Notes under the pieces: generated by a model | Databases searched by the model: none | Seen by the model: the letters and a program-made list of their open reading frames with translations, nothing else | Told to the model about the DNA's origin: nothing | Shown here: one piece after another, positions 51,061 through 61,660 of the stretch | Layout: every line of letters starts with the position of its first letter | Numbering within the stretch: position 1 is the first letter of the stretch | Position numbers and translations under genes: made by a program | NCBI GenBank assembly: GCA_964106915.2 | Contig: OZ066920.1 | Length of the DNA: 64,000 nucleotides | Origin: Podarcis gaigeae | Taxonomy: Eukaryota | Strand: one strand, 5' to 3'

Positions 51061-54000
51061 TAGTTTGGCAATAAGCTTTAGAACATTCTTGCCTGTTACC
51101 ATTACCTCAGCTCTGCAAACTCCATTCCTGAAAATGTCGAGGCATGAGTGTCTGCCCAGAGTATCTCTGTTTGGTTTCTTGACCTCTCTGGTTGTTCCAT
51201 GACCAGCTGTTCTTCCTTCCCTGTTCCCATCTTCTCTGCACCTTTATGGGCCTTGCTTTCACTCAGGAAGGCCCAGTCTTTAACATGGCATCCTAATGTT
51301 TCTTCTCCAGCTGTTTTTATGTTAACCAACAAGTAATTTTTCTTCAGAGAGATCATCAGCTCATTTGCCTGCCTTGGTGCAGCCTGATCAACAGCAAGAA
51401 CGAAGAGTCCTTCATGAGGGAAATATAATTAAGTCCCAACCTTATATATCACCAGGATATTGCTGGAACATGAAATTGATTTCTCCGAAAGTCAAACCAG
51501 AGTTAGCATGTTGTTCTGACAGAAGAGCAACTGGAACATGTTTACTTCATGACTCCCTCAGATGGTGTTGGAATACTAGCTCTTACCACACAAGGAAATC
51601 CCCATCTTCTTTACTGTTCAACCTACATCTTCCCCATCCCACCCCCCGCCACATACACTTTTCTAAGGTGATAAACTCAAGGGCAAGAGAGAACAAGCAA
51701 TAAGGTGATCTTGTCATGCAGCTCAAGATTTTTAAAGCACATTAACTGTAATTTTTAGTTAGTCATAATTTAGTGAACCATTAAAAGTGACCCAGTTCAC
51801 TGAACTGAACTGAACTGAACAGATGGAATTCCACCCTCAGTCTGCTTGACTGGTTTTTTGAACAATGCAAACTCTTCTTTCAAAATCCCCTCCTAAGAGC
51901 TTCATGCAACATTTGGTGGATGCTCTGGTCTCTCTCTCTCCTCTTTGGCTCTGCAGTATTATGTAACAAAGAAGACGGCAGATATTATTCACATCCTAAG
52001 ACGCTGCTTGCTTTTTCATTTCCTTCTTTTTCTTTCTTTTTTATTTTCTTTTTTTTAAAAAAACTAGCTCATTTTCTCATGCTATGACTTTACAGTTATA
52101 AATTAAATAATTAATTAAACAGAAAATGGGCTGCCAGATTCCAGCCCTTTACAAACTACAGCTCTTTTACTATGTTAATGAGACTTCCTTATGCCCATGC
52201 ATATAAATGTACTCCAAGGAAGATTTGTCATCCTCCTCACCCTCACACAAGACCCGCCCCCCCCTCCCCTCAGAATGGGCAAAAGGACTGAATTTCTAAC
52301 CTAGGCCTGTGTGGCTGTCTTATCAGTTCCTGTCCATCATTATGCCAGTTCCTCTTTCCAACAAATGATGTCGCAACTTCCAGATATTTCATTAGAGTGT
52401 GAATGTGTGCCAGTGCGATAAACAAAGGGATAGATATTAATCTCCTGCAAAAAGATGCATGCTGCTATTTTCAAGTCATCTAAAGTATACCAGGGTCTCT
52501 TTATAAGGCACACTGTGTAAGTAGCTAACAAAAATATTGACTTCACTGGTTTGGCTCTTTTTCATAGATTTTTCATACATTTGACACAAGTTACAGTCCA
52601 AGCAAAGTACATGGCAGTGACTGACAGAACCAAAGTGTTTTGCAGTCAAATTTAAAAATAAAAATAAAAATCTTAGAATATGTGGAGATCATGGGACATG
52701 AGTCTGGAAAGACTAGTTGTGGGACTTTTAAGACATCTACTTTTGTAGTTTTCTACTCTTTTTCCTGTAAAAGTTAACATTCCTGTCAGGTATCCAAAAC
52801 TGCTATTGCTGTCTATATACATGTTTTATGTGCTAATGGCAATGTGAATTGTTAATAATAAAAGTAAATGGTGTTTTCATTTCAGGGTCAAAAGCATCTC
52901 TGGTAGACTCAGAGTGTTCTTGTTCACCAGAATGCCAATTATGGGTTTCCAGTGTGTCTTCAGGGGAAGATGTGGACATACGGTGGCATGAAAAAGTAAG
53001 GCATTATTTGTGCATGTGTGTAACTACACTTTATGTCACACATTTAATTAATTAATTACAAAATAGTTCAGCCATTTCAAGAACATCTCCCCTCCCCAAG
53101 TTATATGAAAAACATAAATTCAATTTAGTGGAAATGTTTTTGAAATATACCAAAAATTTATACGTTTGTGATAGTGTATTCCTTACTGTTTGCATGACAG
53201 CAACTGAGAGGAAAAGAAGGTGTGTGAGGGCCACATTATATATGATTTCTATTTCATGAGAGTTCTTGAGAAAACATACTGCTTTCCATAAGTCTCAACG
53301 AATCAACAATTACTGTACTGTTCCACTATTAGTTAGGGTTAGGTAGCAACAGCCATACTATGTACCATTGAAGGAAATGAAATATGGGAGAGAGTCTCTT
53401 CTCTGAAAAAGCAGAGTAGCCAGTATCTCTTCAGTTCCCATCACTCTCAGCTGCAGAATACAGACAGACATTTTTAGGTGTGTCTATACAACCAGCAAGC
53501 ATAGTTCCAAGACTGAGGCAGGAGAAACAGGCAAAGTGGCACCAATACCACTACACACATCAAGTAGATGATAGTATCAAGAAATCTCTGGTGTTTGCAC
53601 TAATCTTCTATGCAGAACCCATAATGTGGCTAAGCACTGGAATATACTGAAAGGGTAACTTATAGAAAAGCCCCCTGTGGGGGCTAGTGGCTGATGCAAA
53701 TAAAGATTCTTCTGATCTGATTCCACTGAACTCAGTGGCACTTATTTTTTTAGTATGCACATTTAGGATTGTGCTGTTAAGCTATATTTTTAACTGTGCT
53801 TGGATAAGTCAAGTCTCAGGCTTTACAAGTAACAAGTAACCCCTGTCAAGAACTATGCTTTAGTTGTACTTTAACATACAGCAATTGATACACTATCAAA
53901 AAGCGCCAAGGAGCTTGATATTAGGATTGGAAACACAATATTCTGTCAAAACAATTGTGATGATTTGCAAACTGCCAGTCAATTTGCACAATTATCACCT

Positions 54001-55359
54001 TCATTTCAGTAAAATGGAAAAAGGTCTAAGGAAGTGGGTTCCAGTTATTGGTTTTTGGATTCCTGGGGGTCCACACAACCCACCCAAGGAGTCCATGGCA
54101 CCATTCACAAAATAAAAACTATCATAGAGATATCAAAAGTTTCAAAAGTAGGTCATCCATGGCTTGGCTTTTTGAAGAATATAGGGTCTGCAGTACTTGA
54201 CTAATTGGGAATCACTGGTCTTCAGCAAAGTGGGTCTACTGTTGAGTATCAGGCTGCCAGGTTCCTTTCTGAGCACAGCAGTTAAATCCCTCTCTCATTT
54301 AATAAAATATTGGCTCAGTAGACCCAGAGAATTCCCTAAGAACTTCCTACAAATTATAAAGCACCATCCTACTTTGCATATAGCATGTGATTTCCCTAGC
54401 ATCTCACCATTCAAAACAAAACAAGAGACACTCCTTCATCCCAGAAGGAAGCAGCTGTATTCCAGTCAGAAAGCTGTTCCACATGTTACATAACAGCATA
54501 CCCAATTTGCTACCAAGAGTACACTCAATGGGGAGTTACAGCCAATCATGGCTGTTTGATTGGTGTACCTGCATGATACATGTGTTTACTGCATTCACAC
54601 TTTCTGTTTTGTAGGACCTAGGACATTGTATATATACACCTAAAAATATAAAGCGTGGGTGCAACTAGCACAGCTTTCAGCATCACAACGCTTCACATGT
54701 CACTTTTAAAATGTCCACCTGAGACTTAGGTGAACAATTAAAATGTAATGTGCTGTGTGTCCCTAAGCAGATTTGGTGCAGTTGGCCTCCCATTCAAGTG
54801 AATCTTAAAACTCCCCAAGATATTGTCTCTGGAGTGACCCCAACACACCATGCTTAGGGACTAGCAAAATCCTCAGCCCACTGGATCAGTTCCATCATCA
54901 GATTGTGCCCTGCTAATGCACAGACAACCCATTCTTTGCCTCTCCAATTCAGTTTCATTAGGATAAATTTAACAGAATAAAAATAGGCAAAAACCAAACA
55001 ATAATATTAGGATTTGGAGAAGTCACATAAAACCAACCCAGTAAGGCTTTTAATAAGCACAGCAATTATATAGCACTAATTAATACTGGAAGAGAATACA
55101 CCCTATTAATATTATTATTATTGTTATTTTATTTATTAGGTCTGCTTTAAAAGAGATGAATATAAATCTTTGCAATATAAAAATTCCTTGTTTTACTAAG
55201 AGGAGTTTTAATCAGATGAATGGACTTGTATGTACTAGTTAACTTTGCTGGAGTTTAGTCGTTGTATTTAAAGCAGATTTTATCCTAGAGTGATATTAAT
55301 TTGATAGGATCCCTGATCTGTAAACCATTGGTTATCTTGGTCTCTCCTGATAAGAAAAA

Positions 55360-55571
55360 NNNNNNNNNNNNNNNNNNNNNNNNNNNNNNNNNNNNNNNNN
55401 NNNNNNNNNNNNNNNNNNNNNNNNNNNNNNNNNNNNNNNNNNNNNNNNNNNNNNNNNNNNNNNNNNNNNNNNNNNNNNNNNNNNNNNNNNNNNNNNNNNN
55501 NNNNNNNNNNNNNNNNNNNNNNNNNNNNNNNNNNNNNNNNNNNNNNNNNNNNNNNNNNNNNNNNNNNNNNN
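55360..55571. other. N-run, 212 nt
   Basis: Unknown bases; length = 8n+4. Confidence 0.99.
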
Positions 55572-57154
55572 ACTAAGGTCTTAAATATTTCTTAGACTGC
55601 TTTTAAAAGATTCATAGTGCAGCAGCACCTAGATCACATCTTCCCACCCTACTGAAAACCCTGAAATTCTCTGCAAAACACCATTAAGCACAAAAGGAGT
55701 GAAAGGAGGAACCTGAAACTGCACACTTACACTACAGGGGCAAAAAGAGCAAATTTTATTTATTAATCAGTATTTTAGTTCTTAAATGCAAAACTCAGAT
55801 GAACAACTGGATAGTACCTTGCATTTTTAGGAAGGTCCACTTAAGGAATGCTTCCACATGTGAATTTTCACATGTGGCTATAACATATAATCTTTTCTTT
55901 TGCTGCAACATGTGATTAATACACATGTACCTATTTTGCCCTTTGAAAATATAGTAAGTGGCCTTGCATTTTTATGTTGTGCACAGAAAGCAAAAAGGGG
56001 ACATGTGATAGGACGTATGTGGGGTTCATACCATTTCTTATATGGAAGTTAGATCCATGTATGTGCAAAGTAGCACATGTGCTAAGACCTGTGGTTTTTT
56101 GAATCGCCTATAACAGTCCTGCATTAACTCACATCATCAATACATGTATGGCAAGTACTATGCATTAAGGGATTTCTACACATCACAAAAAATGATTGAA
56201 GGGTGGTTTTTAAAAAGCAGGTAATATAAATCATAATGCACAATAAACAGAAGCATTAAAACAAAACAGAAACAATAAAATAATTCACATAAGGCACATA
56301 ATTAACAAGAAAATGACATTTGTATACAGAACTACAAAATACTGTATCCATTATCTTTTCTCTTTAGTAGCTTGAAGAAGCTTAGTTAATTTAGTTTAAA
56401 GTGATTTACAAAAAATAATAAAAAATGCAAAATTACATAGTAAAATACCCATAAAACAATACAAAAGTGTTCTTGCAAAATCACCTAAAACAAGAATGTC
56501 TGCCTCCAACCAACACAAAATTAGCAAATTATTGTCTTTTGTTCATAAGATTGTTTATTCTGAAATTCATGGTATATACAGGATAAAGGGCAGGGGGTGC
56601 ACTTTGCCAAGAGCTGTCTTCAAAGCTGGGGTAGATGTTTTTGCAGCTGTCTGCAGAGCCAGTGTGCCCAACAGTCAAGCCAGCCAACCACTTAATTTCA
56701 ACAGAGTGTCTTCCATAAAGTGTCATAAAGGCATTTCAGAACAGGCTGTGGGCTCTTGTGGAAATAGCAGGTGCAGTATTCTGAGCCTGAATGTTTATGT
56801 TCTGGAGAAAGCATAACAGACAGTTTTTGTGACACATATAAAGGTGGGTACAAAGTGCACTACTTAGTCTCACTCACTGTCTAAGATAAACTGTTGCTGT
56901 CTAAGATAAACTGTTGCTTTGCCCGCAAACCTTGGGGCTAATTCAAATGGCCAAAGGCCGGCGACAGATTATTTCCCCCCAGATATTTAAGCAGGTAAAA
57001 GCTGCTTGTTGTGTGTATTTCTATCCCACTTTTGTTACTGGTGAACAGATTTTGCTAGTTTGTGCTGTGCTGGAAAACATGGAAAGCCTGTTAGAACCAG
57101 AGGAAATGCCCCTGGCCAGTCTCTCGCAACTACTATGGCAGCCTCTCCCAATCT

Positions 57155-57270
57155 GATGCCCTTCAGATGTTTTGCACTACAACTTCCATCAGCCCCAGCC
57201 ACCATGGGCAATGGCCAGGAATTATTGGAGCCATAGTCCAACAATATCTGGACAGCAGTTTGTGGGAGAT
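57155..57270. mobile_element. Diverged palindromic hAT MITE
   Basis: cccttcagatgttttgcactacaacttccatcagcccc...gtccaacaatatctgga. Confidence 0.7.
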
Positions 57271-57606
57271 TTTCCTATGCAGTAGTATCTTTGACATCAG
57301 CCAGCCCCTGAGTCATCTGCAGCTCCTTCAGCCCTTTCTTTCTGGAAAGAAGAGCCTAGAACATGACTCTATCATCAACTCCTAAGGACTAGAAGACTCA
57401 AGGGTAGGGAAGCCCATACCCTGAAGACACATGTGGCCCTCCGGGCCTTTCTTGTAAGCCCTTGGCAATTTCCCCAGGCCATGTTTCCTCTCCCTAGACT
57501 ACCCCTTCCACTAGCCCTGGCTTGGTGGAGAATAGAGGAGAGAGGTGGGGTGTGCAGAAACCTCTGGTTTTATATGGCTGGAGTGAACCCTACTGTACAA
57601 AAGTGA

Positions 57607-57897
57607 GGGCTTAGCCACACTTAAATTTCCTTTGCTCATTCCAGGCATGTTCTGCCTGCATGTCTGAACACTCTTTTTTTATTTGCCCTGGAGCTTTCCC
57701 CATGAAAACCTGCTCTTTTCACTCAATAGGAGCAAATGTCAATCTGTGGAAAACTCAGATTTTCTGCTAAAAACCCAAGGAGCTGGTTTTTGGAGGGAAA
57801 ACTCTGGGGCAGGAGGGAAGCACGCAGAGGCCTAAAGCTTTGAAGCACAAGCCTGTGCCTGGAAACAGCGGGACAAAAGGTAAGTGTGGATAAGCCC
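57607..57897. mobile_element. PIF/Harbinger-like MITE nested in an older element
   Basis: 17-bp TIRs gggcttagccacactta / taagtgtggataagccc (16 of 17 match), flanked by 3-bp tga/taa resembling a TWA target duplication. Confidence 0.8.
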
Positions 57898-59403
57898 TAA
57901 GAGCCCGCATATTTTTGCTTCTGGCCACACCTGTTATCACTTGCAGTCACTTTGCAGTCATTGAGGAAATGTGGGCAGCATTGCAAGCTGACTTGGTCCA
58001 ATATCCTGTCTGTCCCGTGCACTTAATATACAGAGCAATTCCTCTACTGCAAAGTCCACAAACATATTAGCAATGTACATGCTGCAGTCTTTGTTTTCTA
58101 CTTGCCTTCCAGTTTTAAAAAAGGAATCTAATCTTGAAACCTTTACTCGCCCTTTAGTTTCATGTGCCTATTATCCCCGCCTACTTGTATCTAATTTTCT
58201 GGTTTTTCCTGGAGCGTTGTGAAAGTCATTATGACATGTAATCAGTGATTGAGTTGCTCTTCTTCAGGAAACCAAGTGTTGCTGAGCATTACAATCTACA
58301 TTACTATTTTTGTTATTATAACTGGGATAGATGTATCTGAAGTCTATATTCCCAAGAATTATGCTGTTGGTCATTTTTCAGCTTGGCTAAAATGTTATTA
58401 CTGCAACAAAAGACCAAAATTGCATGTGCATTTAACCCACAAAATCATGTTGTGTTCTGTCTGATTGCTGGGGTGGGGTGGCTATCACTATGGGCTTGCC
58501 TTGAAGCAACCCTGATCACAGTTTGGTTTTCGACAAAGAAACTCTCTTCACTCAGGATGAGTTGTGAATGTTTCCTCAATGGGATTATGGTTAGGAATTA
58601 GCCAGACTCTCTCAAGTGTTAGGAATGGGAGAGCCATTAGACCTTGAGAAAACTCATATTTTCTGCAGTCAAAGAGGGATTGTAGTTTGGGGACAAGGCA
58701 GATTAAGGGCGAAAGAACTGAGTTTTGAGTCACTAACTGGAAGTGACTTGGGGTGTAGGTCTTTCGCTCTCTGAAGATCTCGTGCAGGACTGCTGAACTA
58801 CTGCTTTTGCTGATTCCTTCATTTTTGTGCTACTTGTAAACAATTCAAATATTACAAAAACACGTAACATCTTCAGTGATCTCCCCTTCCAAAGGACATC
58901 AGACTCAAGTAGTGCTGTACTAGAACGTCTTACTCCTCAGGAAAGTGGGGAACATGTGACAATACCTTATGTATGCATGATGCTCTGCTCCACACCTTGC
59001 ATACATAAATTTACATTCATAGAATTTAGTGTGTTAAATGTGCACATCAAGTCTACTCGACCTGCACATAATTATTTATTCTGTGTCTTACCATCTGAAT
59101 AACTTTCTAAACTGAAGAACCTTTTGTACATCAGGGTATGTCTCCACTGCAGAATTCCCTACTCATATTGTTGATTTCAGCTTGTATTTGTGAGAACAGA
59201 AACTTTTCCTTGTGAGAAAACCCTGTTCTGATAATTTCACTATTGCACAGTATGGTTGCTTAACTTGTTGGCAACTGGATTGCATTTACAAGAAAAAATC
59301 CTAACCAGTGGAAGCTAGGCTCACCCAGCTATGAGCATCACATAACTTCTAGGATTAATATATTATTATATCTGTAGGCAGAGGCTTTGCTGCTATTATA
59401 CAG

Positions 59404-59748
59404 TAAAGGGAAAAGTAAAGGGATCCCTGACCATTAGGTCCAGTCATGACCGACTCTGAGGTTGCGGCGCTCATCTCACTTTATTGGCCAAGGGAGCCGG
59501 TGTACAGCTTCCGGGTCATGTGGCCAGCATGACTAAGCCGCTTCTGGTGAACCAGAGCAGCACACGGAAATGCTGTTTACTTTCCTGCCAGAGCGGTACC
59601 TATTTATCTACTTGCACTTTGATGTGCTTTCGAACTGCTAGGTTGGCAGGAGCAGGGACCAAGCAACAGGAGTTCAACCCATTGCGGGGATTCAAACCGC
59701 CAACCTTCTGATCGGCAAGCCCTAGTCTCTATGGTTTAACCTACAGTG
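59404..59748 (-). mobile_element. Sauria SINE, slightly 5'-truncated
   Basis: Reverse-complement match to the copies at 5964 and 36032 (ggtcatgtggccagcatgactaagccgcttctgg; gtacctatttatctacttgcac). Confidence 0.93.
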
Positions 59749-60324
59749 GTGGGGTGCAATTTCATCTTTCTGCGGTCTTAGACAGTTTTGAATGCAGTAA
59801 CTCAGTGGCTACTGCAGTTTCTAAATGTGTTTTCTTGAAATGCCATGTGTAAAATGGGCATTAAGTTCAGAGCTATAGTGAAGTTCAGATAGTCCTCTAG
59901 AATAGATTCCCATTTTACATATGCTGACCCACGCTCATGGGATGCTTTCCAATGAAACCAATCACACATGTAATGAATGTGTGGAGGTAGAAGCAAGAAC
60001 CAAGAAGGTACCCACTCCACCATGTCCTCCTGTGCCTGCCGGCTACACCCCTGTGGTTCCGCATTCAGCATTGGTGAGAAAGGTACCTTACACACTGACA
60101 GCTGTACACACCTAGGACTTTGCCCAGTTAGAACCTCATATTGGATAGTGGAGACTCCCACTGAGAGCAAATATGAGAGACAATCCATACAGAACTTGAA
60201 GGGATGATATGAGAAATAAATTGGGCGATGTTGAAATAGAAGGGCATTTCCATTTGGAAGAAAATATGGCTCATAATTCAAGAAGGAAATACATTGCCCA
60301 TGGAAAGCTTTTAAGGTGTGACAT

Positions 60325-60432
60325 TTGTTGTGTTTTAGTATATTCTGTTGGAAGCAGCCAAGAGTGGCTGGGGCAACCCAGTCAGATGGGCGGACTATAA
60401 AAAAACACGTTGTTGTTGTTGTTGTTGTTGTT
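60325..60432 (+). mobile_element. L2 3' terminal stub followed by (TTG)n
   Basis: ggaagcagccaagagtggctggggcaacccagtcagatgggcgg is the reverse complement of the end of the L2 copy at ~8860-8905. Confidence 0.8.
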
Positions 60433-61597
60433 AATTTGCTTTTGAATGAGTCTGAGGATGAAAATGGGATGTAACAGAATGTTATATATTTGTGTAATGT
60501 TTTCCTGCGACATTGACAGAAAGTCTTTAGAAGGGAAATTGAATCCCTACCCCACTCTGTGTACTTGTACACCTCTGATGGTTTGAATCCAGCCAGTAGT
60601 TACTAATAGCAACACTCACTACCTCTATATTTAAGCGACAAGGAAGCAATTTTATTTAATTTCCTGCCATAAAACCTTTGCAAGTGTTATAAAACCAATA
60701 TAGTATTTAAAGATGACACAACAATGGGATAGGGGCAGTAATAATGCTGTTGATTCACTGCCTACTCTCTGCAAAACACAGCCATGTGAAGAATCTCGGG
60801 GGGGAGAATTTGGACTTAGGATGTGGTGAGCTGCCTTCCTTACCACACAACCAGAGGACCACACAGCAAGGAAAACATGCAGATACATTTGAACAGTCTG
60901 CTGGGAGAACAAAGCAATTGGCAACACATGGTCTGGCTTTCCGTCAGGTTGTCTTGGCCATGGTGGTGGCTGAAGAACAGATCTTTTGGGTGGGCAAAGC
61001 CAATAGGCAGGAGCAGCCAATAAGTTAGAGCGCTAAGATGACATACATGACATTGTTGTCTTCAGTGAGTCAAAGGAGGCATGTGTTATTTGTAAGCAGC
61101 TGCATGCAATATTATTCATCATCATTGTCTATTTGTATGCTGCCTTTCCACCATTAAACCATGCCCAAGGCTGTTTACAACATGAATTTTTTTACATAAT
61201 TACAAAAATAGAACAAAGGTACAGTAGTCATAAGCAATAAACAAAAAACAATAAGTATCCAATAAAATTAAACAGTCCCCACATAAGTCATAGTAAGTTC
61301 TAACAATAAAGATACAGTACAAGAAATACTAATAACAGTGAAAATTAAGCATCTCCAAAATTAAATATTTTCTCCAACAAAGAACAAACCCTGAACAGTA
61401 TTCTACCCCAAGAGTCTCTAGGCATCCTGAACAGAATACACAGCAAAGGTGGTCTCTGGCCTCTTCAGCAGCCTCAGCTTTTGTAGCTGGAGTCAGTCAG
61501 TCAGGACCCTTCACTGCCAGGCCAGGTGGAAAGAGACTAACAAGGTAGAGAGCAGGTCTTGCAAGACTCACAGCAATAATCAAAAGGTATGAGGGCA

Positions 61598-61660
61598 CTG
61601 CAGGGGGTTTGACTAGATGACCCTTGGGATCCCTTCCAACTCTACAATTCTATGATTATA
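61598..61660 (+). mobile_element. CR1 3' terminal stub
   Basis: gactagatgacccttgggatcccttccaactctacaattctatgatt. Confidence 0.85.

Noticed and set aside
59802-60572. 256-aa minus-strand ORF, the longest without Ns
   Set aside because: It crosses a (TTG)n microsatellite (poly-Thr) and an L2 stub, and has no recognisable domain, so it is probably a chance ORF.
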